From contig JAUZOM010000001.1 of the NCBI GenBank assembly GCA_030706465.1, positions 1,288 to 65,287 on the forward strand: a DNA stretch of 64,000 bases. Direction: 5' to 3'. This document shows positions 8,653-17,971 of the stretch, in pieces; the first letter of the stretch is position 1, and the number at the start of each line of letters is the position of its first letter. Below the pieces are notes generated by a model. The model was not told the DNA's origin. It saw only the letters and a list, made by a program, of their open reading frames with translations, and made no database searches. A program made the position numbers and the translations under genes. Source of the stretch: Bacteroidota bacterium. GTDB taxonomy: Bacteria; Bacteroidota; Bacteroidia; Bacteroidales; Paludibacteraceae.

Positions 8653-11037
8653 TTATCGCAGAATAATTGTTTTAACAAAATCTTTTTGTCCTGCATTTAA
8701 TTTTACCAAGTACTCGCCTTTGGCTAAACCTGACAGATCTATATTAGAATTGGCTAATACATTCTGTTTGTTGAAAACTTTTATACCTTTTAAATTAAAT
8801 ACTGTAACATCAACATTTTCAGTAGCATTTATTTTGATCAGTCCTTTCGTAGGATTCGGAGAAATTGAGAATCCTAATTCTGATGGTGAGTTAACGGCAC
8901 CCGGACCTTCAGGATCACGTGGAGCCATCTCTACAGATTCAATTACACCTATGTAATTTCCGGAAGCATCAAAATAATGTAAATTTGCAGTAGCAAACTC
9001 AGGATTTATATCCAAAGTTATCAGGTGATTAGTCATACCATTGTTGAAATTAACCGGATTGGTTGTTTTATCGGTTCCAACAACAATCTGAGGATAAATG
9101 GTCGGTCCAACAATGCTATCAACATCCAAATAACTGCAACCACCTTGTGTGATATACTGTACGCCATCAACTACACCTCTTTCATAACCATTCATATGGC
9201 TACCAAATACTGCCGTAACTCCGTATTTCTTACTCAACAAAGGGATATTTGTTTTTACAACTGCCTGTTCAGCTTTTTGACAACGTTCATGGAATGGAGC
9301 ATTATTAATAAAGATAAAACGGAACTTAGCTTGTTTTGAGACATCAGACTTCAAGAAATTTTCAAGCCATCCGTCCGGAACTAAATCTGTGTTGTAACGA
9401 GTCGGATCAATAGAAATAAACACCGAATTACCATATGTATAAGCATAGCTGCCACTAACTGCAGAAGCATCCGAATTATACATGGTAGGCTGCTTTACAA
9501 AGTTGCGGATAATATCGCTTCCATTTAACTGTGTATTAACATCGCGACTTCCAAAACATTCGTAAAAAGGGACCGTTGCTCCTACAATTCCCAACGTAGC
9601 AGGCATAAATACTTTCCTTAATTCAACGCTATCATTTCCGTTATTAGTAACATCACCGGTAGAGAAGCAGAAATCAGGCTTCAATGTATTTAGTAGATAA
9701 GAAGCCATATTAGAGAATGGATTCAAGTTATAGCTATTGCCCCAAATACCAACTGTAAATGCACCATCCGTTGCTTTCGTAGCAGTTTTAAAGCCTTGCA
9801 CAGTATAAGGACAACTGTTATCAACAGCACGGAAATAGTATTGAGTACCATCTGTCAGAGGTTTAAGTACCGCCTTTTCAATATAGGTATTTGCTCCAGA
9901 TGGAGTAATGGTTGTTGTTACAGTATTGCCGGAAGCATCTTGAGATGTACCGTAGTTTACAGTACCAGGTTTTGCAGGATAATCGCTCTCCCACATTATA
10001 GTTGCAGAATCAGGTGTTACATTTTGAATGTAAGGAGCAGTAAGGTACGAAGAATGTGTCCGGGAATCTTGAACATAGCCTCCTAAGCTCTGGGCTTCAT
10101 CTTTAGTCAAAGCTTTGTTATAGAGCATTACGCGAGCTATATCTATTAAATTATCTTCGCCATCATTGTCGGCTGCTATCAAGAATGTAGATTTTAAGGC
10201 ATATTTACCGTCAACCGGCTGCACATAACCATCCAAGCCCTTAACGCCATTCACATAAATAGAGTATTCAGCACCATTATTCACCACCACTACTGCACGA
10301 TTCCAGGTACTATCTTTAGTGGTTATAGAGGTATATCCGGTTGCACCAATACCCACATTTCTCATTTTACCAAGAAATACGCTTGCATCAGAATTGTTGT
10401 CAGGATTTAATTGCAAAAGTGAATGATAATTTTGGGTACTAACTACTCTAAAGTCAAAAACAAAAGAATATGTATTTACAAAGCCATTAGCATTCGGAGC
10501 TATCGAATTAACACCCATAAAATTGCTGCCGGCCCCTTTACGTACAGCTCCATCAGTAGCCGTAGGACCGGTGACAGCAGATATCAGGGTTCCATTTTGC
10601 ACCAAATCGCTACCGACTGTGGCTTTAACCAAATTATTGGGGTCATCAAACTTCCAATCGCCCACAAGACCTGAAATCGCAGGAACCACCGTAAATTCCG
10701 TAGTTGCAACGGGTGTGTAACCATCGTTCGCCAATAAACAAACTTTGTAAATACCCGGGTCTGTAACACCTGAGCTAAAAATAACAGCCCCCGATTCAAT
10801 GACTGAACTGTTGGCATCCTGCGTACCACTGGTGTAGACCCACCCTTCGTTGTTCTGGTTACCAGGTGTTGTAGATTGGTGAAATATTGCCAACCAATCT
10901 TTTGTGGACGTAGAACCTGTAAATTTAACTGATACAGGTTCACCTACAATGTAGGTACTTCTAACCATTGTTAGTTTTTGTGCTTGAATACTTCCAAACA
11001 TCAAAAACAAAAAAGAAAAAAATAAAAGCTTCTTCAT
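8653..11037 (-). CDS. T9SS-secreted multidomain protein: N-terminal beta-sandwich module, LamG-like domain, purple-acid-phosphatase-like metallophosphoesterase domain, Por C-terminal sorting tail
   Basis: 794-aa ORF with signal peptide MKKLLFFSFLFLMFGSIQAQ. LamG-like stretch: LVGDWKFDD...RVMLYNKALTKDEAQSLG. PAP N-terminal Fn3-like stretch: YLTAPYIQNVTPDSATIMWES...GTQYYFRA. Phosphoesterase blocks: STGDVTNNG, FGSRD, APFHE, FGSHMNGYER. Tail: FSISPNPTKGLIKIN...GEYLVKLNAGQKDFVKTIILR. Confidence 0.75.
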   Translation of the reverse strand: MKKLLFFSFLFLMFGSIQAQKLTMVRSTYIVGEPVSVKFTGSTSTKDWLAIFHQSTTPGNQNNEGWVYTSGTQDANSSVIESGAVIFSSGVTDPGIYKVCLLANDGYTPVATTEFTVVPAISGLVGDWKFDDPNNLVKATVGSDLVQNGTLISAVTGPTATDGAVRKGAGSNFMGVNSIAPNANGFVNTYSFVFDFRVVSTQNYHSLLQLNPDNNSDASVFLGKMRNVGIGATGYTSITTKDSTWNRAVVVVNNGAEYSIYVNGVKGLDGYVQPVDGKYALKSTFLIAADNDGEDNLIDIARVMLYNKALTKDEAQSLGGYVQDSRTHSSYLTAPYIQNVTPDSATIMWESDYPAKPGTVNYGTSQDASGNTVTTTITPSGANTYIEKAVLKPLTDGTQYYFRAVDNSCPYTVQGFKTATKATDGAFTVGIWGNSYNLNPFSNMASYLLNTLKPDFCFSTGDVTNNGNDSVELRKVFMPATLGIVGATVPFYECFGSRDVNTQLNGSDIIRNFVKQPTMYNSDASAVSGSYAYTYGNSVFISIDPTRYNTDLVPDGWLENFLKSDVSKQAKFRFIFINNAPFHERCQKAEQAVVKTNIPLLSKKYGVTAVFGSHMNGYERGVVDGVQYITQGGCSYLDVDSIVGPTIYPQIVVGTDKTTNPVNFNNGMTNHLITLDINPEFATANLHYFDASGNYIGVIESVEMAPRDPEGPGAVNSPSELGFSISPNPTKGLIKINATENVDVTVFNLKGIKVFNKQNVLANSNIDLSGLAKGEYLVKLNAGQKDFVKTIILR

Positions 11038-11106
11038 AATAATTAATGTATTAAATTTAAACTAGAGATCTCAATTTTTAAGAGTTAATAATAGAAAATA
11101 GATATG

Positions 11107-12969
11107 CTATTGTTTAATCAGTTTTATTACTTGTGATTGACCTTGCGAAACAAGATTTAATATATAAATCCCTATTGGAACATTCGAAATATCGAATAAC
11201 GAAGATTGATTGGCCAACAAATCCATTTTTTTATTTAAAATTTCTCCACCATAGGTAGTTAAAATTGAAACTGAAACTTTCTCATTTACTGAAGAAATTA
11301 GAGTAAATTGTCCTTTAGTTGGATTGGGAAAAACACGAATATTAGAGTACGAATCATTTATGGAGTTAATTCCGCTAGGAACTAATAAAAAGTTAATTGT
11401 AGCTGTTACTGCTTTATGATCCGAAGGCCAAGGCATAGTAGACGCTTCAAAGACATCCTCTCCATTTCCATCTGTAGTTGCCACATTCTTCACATAACAG
11501 CCTTTGGGCCCTACAAGTGAAGCTGCGCTAGCTGTTACATTTGTGCCTTTGTAAAAAATATAGTCAATCCGGTCTCTTTCATCGCTTAAAGGCGCCCAGG
11601 AGGTACTTCCCACTCCTGTTGCAACAGCAGGCCAGGTTATTCCGGGGTTCAATACTTCATCGGGGTAAACTTGACGATATGCATCAACAAATCCGTTGCT
11701 TTTTAATGCAAGTGTAGTTGGCCACTCGAAAACTACTCCATTATGATCGTAGAGATTGGCTTGCTTGGTAGTCCAATCCAAGCACGATGGTTCGTTAAAG
11801 TCCCCAATTAAAAGAATGGGGCGTTTCTCATTTTGCATATAGTTGATAAAAGCTGCAATTTGTTCGTCCCGTTTTGAGGAGAGATTTTGAGCTGAGATGG
11901 CGGACACATTGGTTTCCGGAACAAAAGGAGAGAAAGCATTCCAACCTGCATATTTACCGGAACCTCCACAAGCATATCCTCGCGGCAAATAAGTTGCGTA
12001 ATAAGTGTAGTCAAGATGTGAGGGACAAACAACAATAGTTGCGCCGTTAATATCTACAGTATAAGGTACTGTTCTTTCTCCGACCAACGGACCAGATGAA
12101 GTGATTGGATATTTACTAATAAGCGATACATCAGACCCCGATACATAGCCTCCGTAATATGTCTTTCCTAAACTGGCAAGTGCATTAACTATTTTTGTAG
12201 TCCAATCGCCGGACTTATTAGTTACTTCAGAAAAACAGACCAAATCAGGATTCACTTCATTGATAACATCCCGTATACGTGTTAACCCATCAGGAACCGA
12301 AGTACCTTCCATCCATATATTAAACTGCATTACTTTCAGACTCACTGATAGCGGTTGATTAGAAACCCTGATGAATCCTGTTTTCTGCAATTGCAAAGTT
12401 CCCGAAGTCCCGGTAGCATTAAGCGTAACATCGTAAACACCTTCCGAACTATAAGTTACAGATGGATTTTTCTCGATGCTACTCGAGGGGGTCCCTCCGG
12501 GAAACGACCACAGCCACGATGTTGGCGAATTCGTTGACTGATCAGAGAAATCGACTGATCCACCCGGAGCAATAAAAGTAGTATTTGAACTAAAAGCTGC
12601 AAGAGTTTCAACATTCGATACTGTAAAATCTGCTGCTTTTATTATTGTATAACCATCGTTGGCTAAAAAACAAACTTTGTAGTTTCCTCCGGTATTTAGC
12701 CCACTCTGAAACACGATCGATCCATTGGTCACTAAATTTGACCCAGATCTGGTTCCATCCACATAATTCCAGTCAATCGATGGAGAAGCCGAACCGGGGG
12801 TTGATGTTGCAGCATACAAACCGACCCAATCCTTTGCGCTTGTCGCGCCCGTAAAATTAGTCGTTATGGATTCTCCCACCTTGTAAGTGGGTTTATCTGT
12901 AGCAACTGTTTGAGCCAAAAGATTCCCAAACATGAATAGCATTAAAAAAAAACAAGTTGTGTGTTTCAT
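11107..12969 (-). CDS. T9SS-secreted endonuclease/exonuclease/phosphatase (EEP) family phosphoesterase with an N-terminal beta-sandwich module and a PKD domain
   Basis: The ORF spans 11107..12993. The likely start is MKHTTCFFLMLFMFGNLLAQ (ATG at complement 12969). PKD-like stretch: GGSVDFSDQSTNSPTSWLWSFPGGTPSSS...GVYDVTLNATG. EEP motifs: MQFNIWMEG, CFSEV, IGDFNEPS, DRIDYIF, PSDHKAV. Por tail: IRVFPNPTKGQFTL...GIYILNLVSQGQSQVIKLIKQ. Confidence 0.8.
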   Translation of the reverse strand: MKHTTCFFLMLFMFGNLLAQTVATDKPTYKVGESITTNFTGATSAKDWVGLYAATSTPGSASPSIDWNYVDGTRSGSNLVTNGSIVFQSGLNTGGNYKVCFLANDGYTIIKAADFTVSNVETLAAFSSNTTFIAPGGSVDFSDQSTNSPTSWLWSFPGGTPSSSIEKNPSVTYSSEGVYDVTLNATGTSGTLQLQKTGFIRVSNQPLSVSLKVMQFNIWMEGTSVPDGLTRIRDVINEVNPDLVCFSEVTNKSGDWTTKIVNALASLGKTYYGGYVSGSDVSLISKYPITSSGPLVGERTVPYTVDINGATIVVCPSHLDYTYYATYLPRGYACGGSGKYAGWNAFSPFVPETNVSAISAQNLSSKRDEQIAAFINYMQNEKRPILLIGDFNEPSCLDWTTKQANLYDHNGVVFEWPTTLALKSNGFVDAYRQVYPDEVLNPGITWPAVATGVGSTSWAPLSDERDRIDYIFYKGTNVTASAASLVGPKGCYVKNVATTDGNGEDVFEASTMPWPSDHKAVTATINFLLVPSGINSINDSYSNIRVFPNPTKGQFTLISSVNEKVSVSILTTYGGEILNKKMDLLANQSSLFDISNVPIGIYILNLVSQGQSQVIKLIKQ

Positions 12970-13149
12970 CCGTTTAAAATTCAGCCTTCCCAAACTCCTC
13001 TAAAGAAGGGAATGTGAAGCAGGTTTTGTGTTTCAATTATACTCTTATATAACCAATCCCTATATAGCTATCAGGATTATTTAATCATAGATGTTTCATT
13101 TATCATTAATACACTTTATATCAGAAAAAATATGCACAAACTGAGGCCG

Positions 13150-15285
13150 TTAGTTTACTGCCACATCATTAGCTTTACTTTCGGTTGTGTATTCAATTCT
13201 TCCTCCCTGACGAATTGTTTCCCAGTCAATCCAAAAAGAGGTGAATTTATGATCGTTTATTTTTACCGATTTAATATAAGCGACTGTCGATGAGCCTCCT
13301 TTAATCTCCAATACTTTGCCCGAAAAATCTATTTTAATATTTTCAAATTGAGGAGTATTGATACTAAATCCAGCCACACCGGGTATCATTGGATAAAGCC
13401 CTACTGATGCAAAAACATACCAGGCACCCATTGATCCACCGTCATCATTTCCGGGTAATCCGGTTGGTTTGCTGGTGTACGCCTGATCTAAAATACGATA
13501 AATTACTTCAGAAGTTTTGAGGGGTTTATCCGTCCAGTTGTAAATCCAAGGCACCTGAAAGTCCGGTTCATTACCAGCCGCAAAATAATGGTCATCATAC
13601 CCGGCGTCCAACTTAACGAACAAGCTGTCAAGACGCTTAGATGCGGCTACTTTTCCACCCATAGTGTCAATTAATGTTTTCAGATCAAAAGGTACCATCC
13701 AGAAATAGTTTTCTTTAGTGGCTTCGCGCCAGTCATGATTTGGATCTTTCCACTTCATATCATACGTATTTCTTGAGCGAAGCCAATTAGTAGATGGATC
13801 ATACAGATTTTTCCAGTTACCAGCACGCTTTATAAAATAATTGGCATCTTTTTTATTGTTCATAGCTTGCAACGCAAACTGACCAATTGCATAATCCGAC
13901 GAGGCGTATTCCAAACACAAAGACGCATTTTCAATTCCTTTATCCATGTAATTTTCTAAACCCGAACGAACTGCTACATCTTGAGAATAAGTTCCTACTA
14001 CCGTAGCTCCATGTTTCATGTGTTTATAAGCCGTTTGAATATCAAAATCCCGTCCTCCAAAAGCATAAGTATTCGAAATAATAATTGGGATTGGATCTCC
14101 TTGCATTACGCCAGTTTCAATATTAGCCAAAACCCAACGTCCGTATCCTCCACCTTGATTGGCAAAATCCACAACAGATTGCATCATATCCGAGCTTTCT
14201 TTTGGAAAGAGCATTGCCAATAATTGGCACTGTGTACGATAAGTATCCCAACCACTATAAGTTGTATAGTAATCACGTCCTGCTTTCGTTTTATGAATAT
14301 TAAAATCAGAGCCAATATATTCTCCGTTTATATCGCTAAAGATATTGGGATGAATCATGGCATGATACAAATGGGTATAGAATTGTTTGATACGATCGAT
14401 ATTGACCGATTCAACCTGAATTTTACTTAGACATCGATTCCATTCATTTTCTGTATTATCTTTTACGGTTTGAAAATCGCGCCCTTTGTTATCTAATCGG
14501 AGGTTTTCACGTGCATTTTCAACAGATACATAAGAAATTGCAATCTTGTATTCTATATTTTTATTATGCTGCGTATTAAACGTAAAATAAGCACCTGAGT
14601 TTTTTCCACTCATTTTTAGTCGACCATTTCTCATGTCTGAGTTAATCCAAGTTCCACAGACCTGAGCTTCGCAACTAAATTCGGCAGCGAAATAAACCTT
14701 ATAATCTGTTTGATAGCCACAAAACTCACCTCCTTTGGCATAACCTTCACAAGAGTTTGGAGATGTGATCTTTATTTGAGCATTGGATATAAATGTTGAA
14801 CTTATGCCTGAGCCAATAATAACAGTGCCGCTAGTCTTATTTTCAGGAAACCTAAACTTCACAATACCACTCCGTTTCGATACAGTCGATTCGCACATTA
14901 CTCCATCTTTCATAGTCATTGAAAGATAACCTGCAGTCGAATTATTAACAGTTTCATAACGTGCATAACCGTTCATATCATTCGGTGACGTTTCGAGAGA
15001 GCCAGCAAGTGGCAAAACCGGGAAATTACCCATATTCGGACATCCGGCACCGGATATTTGGTTTACAACCAGTCCCTTTTGTGGAGAAAAAAATGACGGA
15101 GTAAGCTGCATCATTCCAAATGGATAGGTTGCTCCCACAAACGTGAAACCACATGCAAGACCACTACCCTCTGTACCGATTCGAGTATCAACAAGCTGAG
15201 CATAGTTTACACCATCTTTCGCTTTTAGCTGAGAATTGAGTGTAAAAACACAAACAAATATTATTAAATATGGGAAAAACCTCAT
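13150..15285 (-). CDS. GH92 alpha-mannosidase
   Basis: 711-aa ORF with a signal peptide. GH92 hallmarks are LVDTRIGTEG, GNEPDFQVPWIYNW and PGNDDGGSMGAWYVFASVGLYP. Confidence 0.9.
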   Translation of the reverse strand: MRFFPYLIIFVCVFTLNSQLKAKDGVNYAQLVDTRIGTEGSGLACGFTFVGATYPFGMMQLTPSFFSPQKGLVVNQISGAGCPNMGNFPVLPLAGSLETSPNDMNGYARYETVNNSTAGYLSMTMKDGVMCESTVSKRSGIVKFRFPENKTSGTVIIGSGISSTFISNAQIKITSPNSCEGYAKGGEFCGYQTDYKVYFAAEFSCEAQVCGTWINSDMRNGRLKMSGKNSGAYFTFNTQHNKNIEYKIAISYVSVENARENLRLDNKGRDFQTVKDNTENEWNRCLSKIQVESVNIDRIKQFYTHLYHAMIHPNIFSDINGEYIGSDFNIHKTKAGRDYYTTYSGWDTYRTQCQLLAMLFPKESSDMMQSVVDFANQGGGYGRWVLANIETGVMQGDPIPIIISNTYAFGGRDFDIQTAYKHMKHGATVVGTYSQDVAVRSGLENYMDKGIENASLCLEYASSDYAIGQFALQAMNNKKDANYFIKRAGNWKNLYDPSTNWLRSRNTYDMKWKDPNHDWREATKENYFWMVPFDLKTLIDTMGGKVAASKRLDSLFVKLDAGYDDHYFAAGNEPDFQVPWIYNWTDKPLKTSEVIYRILDQAYTSKPTGLPGNDDGGSMGAWYVFASVGLYPMIPGVAGFSINTPQFENIKIDFSGKVLEIKGGSSTVAYIKSVKINDHKFTSFWIDWETIRQGGRIEYTTESKANDVAVN

Positions 15286-15308
15286 CTTCTTTTAATTAAA
15301 TAGCCTTA

Positions 15309-15353
15309 TCATAGGAGAATAACAATTCTTTAATTATTGAAATTCTCCTATGA
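15309..15353 (-). terminator. Perfect 12-bp hairpin between the DUF4998-type gene and GH92
   Basis: tcataggagaat (15309-15320) is the exact reverse complement of attctcctatga (15342-15353). The loop is 21 nt. Confidence 0.5.
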
Positions 15354-15366
15354 AGATTTGTAGCTT

Positions 15367-16707
15367 TTATTGGATAATATAAGAGACACCTAATGCTTTA
15401 AAATTCAACTCTCTAATACAGAATGAACGATTGCCTGTATTTACGCCATCACCATAATAGAAACCGCCTTCATTACCGAAGTATTGAGTGTCAGGAACCG
15501 GCACTACATTCGGAGTTAACACACTCATTACCCTGAACAGAATATAACGAGGTTTGAAGGAATGATCTACTTCTGTGAAAACACACTTACTGGTTTGAGG
15601 ATTTGAACGTGGACTGGTATATTTAAACCATCCATTACCCACCTTTTTCCATTTACGCGTAGAGGCTTCTGTTTCAAAGCTTGGAGACTGGCTTGATGCC
15701 ATAATATAATATCCGGTAGATCCGTACTTTCCATCATCAAGAGATTCACGCCCCCAAACTTGGAATTTCACGACATCCCATCCGGGATAATCTAATCTAC
15801 CAACGATAGAGGCCGCCGATAAGTAGGCTTTAACACCCAAATCAAAGCAGAAATGTCCGGGAGCACTTACATTCAGACCCCAACATTCAGTGTCGGCATC
15901 ATCAAATAGAGCTGCCACTCCTTTTGCACCAAAGGCGGTACCAGGATCATCATTCTTGGTTAATTGCATTGGAACAATTCTTGCTTTATCTACATCATTA
16001 TCTACAATGGTTTGCTTGGCTGTTTGTGTTACTTCTGGCAACACGAGGGTATCTACGCCCAACTTATCCGAAGGCAAAATATACGTCGTCACCTTCATCT
16101 GAAGATTATTAAAATCTCCCCAGTTTGGAATTGTTAACTTTCCCCCTGTACCATTTACCTCAATCGTTTTCTCTTCACTGTTATCCCCTTGATAAGTCAA
16201 TCGAAATTTCACTGCCATTTTAGAGTTTGACATAGTAATGTGTGCGGCATTGTCATCATCTACAGTTATTGACGAAACAGCTATCTTGGGTTGAATTCTT
16301 GCATAACTATCTCCATAAGAAGACCCATGACAATCAACGATTAATGATTTGTCTCCCCACTGGTCGACGTTATAAATATAAAAATCATAGTCACCTTCGG
16401 GCAATCCTTCAATAGGCATACGAGTATAGTCTCCTACGATATAATCTTTAATATTAAAAGCTTTTTCGTTTGAAGCGCCTTGATAATCAACCCATTTAAT
16501 TACACATTGAGTAGCTGTACGCAAATAAGTGTTTTTTGCCACAATTATAGCTCTACCGTGACCCCCAAGTGCTACCACAGAATCCATCCTGCCAACATAA
16601 GTTATTTCACCCATATCCAAAAATTTTCGTTGCGTATCGGTGATATCGGAACATGCGGCAACTATCAATAAAACAGCTATTAGACCAAGCCATTTTTTAT
16701 TCTTCAT
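15367..16707 (-). CDS. DUF4998-type surface lipoprotein with an F5/8-type-C-like C-terminus (candidate surface glycan-binding protein)
   Basis: The ORF spans 15367..16725. The likely start is MKNKKWLGLIAVLLIVAACSD (lipobox Cys). It sits fourth in a SusC/SusD/DUF4959/DUF4998 block. The N-terminal stretch FLDMGEITYVGRMDSVVALGGHGRAII..IKW matches my memory of the DUF4998 pattern. Confidence 0.6.
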   Translation of the reverse strand: MKNKKWLGLIAVLLIVAACSDITDTQRKFLDMGEITYVGRMDSVVALGGHGRAIIVAKNTYLRTATQCVIKWVDYQGASNEKAFNIKDYIVGDYTRMPIEGLPEGDYDFYIYNVDQWGDKSLIVDCHGSSYGDSYARIQPKIAVSSITVDDDNAAHITMSNSKMAVKFRLTYQGDNSEEKTIEVNGTGGKLTIPNWGDFNNLQMKVTTYILPSDKLGVDTLVLPEVTQTAKQTIVDNDVDKARIVPMQLTKNDDPGTAFGAKGVAALFDDADTECWGLNVSAPGHFCFDLGVKAYLSAASIVGRLDYPGWDVVKFQVWGRESLDDGKYGSTGYYIMASSQSPSFETEASTRKWKKVGNGWFKYTSPRSNPQTSKCVFTEVDHSFKPRYILFRVMSVLTPNVVPVPDTQYFGNEGGFYYGDGVNTGNRSFCIRELNFKALGVSYIIQ

Positions 16708-16746
16708 ATTATTATATTTTATCATAATCTTGTCTGTTTTTTTGAA

Positions 16747-17943
16747 TTATTTCCATTGTGCCCAAAATGTAAATTCTGAGGCATAAACTGAGACTTGTCC
16801 ATCAAAAGCATCTATGAATTTGAAACGAAGATATCGGATTGCAGGACGTGGAAACGGAGTATCAATTGTAAACATAATTCCTTTCTGTGCTGCTTCCGTA
16901 TCTTCAGAAGTAGCCGGTTCACCCACCTTACGTCCCGATGGGCGGATTACCTCAAATGTTTGGTTATTTAATTTGATCCAACCTTCCAAAGGACTTGCAT
17001 AATTAACGGCCGGCAATGTGGCAGCCCCATACACATCAAAATGTTTAGGGCAAGCACCTTCAAATACGCCACGTTGTTGTAACAAAATACGCCCGAGAGA
17101 CACAGTATCACCTAAGTCAATACAGAGATAGTGCGGAAATTTTCCTTCGGGTCCTGTGGACGCAAAGTTCCAAACACCAACGATATCATCCCACAAAGTT
17201 TGCGGTCTTCCGCTCCAAGAGTACCAGTCATCATTATCAACTACTTGAGGTTTTCCAACATATTTGAATTTACTCTTATCCACATACTCTTCTCTCCAGG
17301 GCTTGTCTTTAAACTCCAACGTGCTGGATGTATTCCCAAATCGATCCCGAACAAACACCCCAAAATCATTGGTTTTATTTGGAAGACCTACTACCTGATA
17401 TGTTCCCTCTGCCTGAGAGAACACTCTGGCTTGATAAAAAGCTAATTTGCCGCTAAGACTATCTTTTAGTAAAAAATAGATAGACAATTCCGCTTTAGAT
17501 GGATTCTTATAATCAATTCTAAAGCCTCCAAAATCGACATTGACCTTTAGACTTTCACGCATTATTTTCACCGGAGACTCTTCGGGGAGGATTGTTACAT
17601 GTACAGGTTGAGATTGATTATTGCTTTTGTCAATACAATATAGATCCACCTCATATTCTTTCTTATCGGGAAGTCCTTCCACCGTAAGTTCTGTATTATA
17701 TTGCGAAGAAACTGTACTTTTCTTTACACCATCAACATAGTATTCTGCTTTTACATAAGATAAGTCTTGATCAAGCGGCAATACATAGTTAAACTTTGCT
17801 CCACCGGGTAAAGCTACATACGTAACATTCGTCAAGACTCCGGGAGCTGTAGTATCTTTTGGACCGAATGGTTTTAATAGGTTTTCTTCCGAGCAGGCAA
17901 AAAGAAATGCCACGACACCAAGTATTAAAATTATTTTTTTCAT
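16747..17943 (-). CDS. DUF4959/DUF5126/DUF5000-type surface lipoprotein (candidate surface glycan-binding protein)
   Basis: 398-aa ORF with lipoprotein signal MKKIILILGVVAFLFACSE. Fn3-like N-terminus: TTAPGVLTNVTYVALPGGAKFNYVLPLDQDLSYVKAEYY. The C-terminus is discoidin-like. It lies immediately downstream of SusD. Confidence 0.65.
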   Translation of the reverse strand: MKKIILILGVVAFLFACSEENLLKPFGPKDTTAPGVLTNVTYVALPGGAKFNYVLPLDQDLSYVKAEYYVDGVKKSTVSSQYNTELTVEGLPDKKEYEVDLYCIDKSNNQSQPVHVTILPEESPVKIMRESLKVNVDFGGFRIDYKNPSKAELSIYFLLKDSLSGKLAFYQARVFSQAEGTYQVVGLPNKTNDFGVFVRDRFGNTSSTLEFKDKPWREEYVDKSKFKYVGKPQVVDNDDWYSWSGRPQTLWDDIVGVWNFASTGPEGKFPHYLCIDLGDTVSLGRILLQQRGVFEGACPKHFDVYGAATLPAVNYASPLEGWIKLNNQTFEVIRPSGRKVGEPATSEDTEAAQKGIMFTIDTPFPRPAIRYLRFKFIDAFDGQVSVYASEFTFWAQWK

Positions 17944-17971
17944 ATTTTCTATAAATTTACAGGATTAATTA

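Noticed and set aside
10584-10943. 119-aa minus-strand ORF, plus many 60-130-aa ORFs nested inside large genes (for example 20611..20994, 42842..43204, 53950..54303, 59716..60105)
   Set aside because: All are embedded in, or antisense to, long ORFs with strong family motifs. They have odd composition (Cys/Arg/His-rich) and no independent start context.
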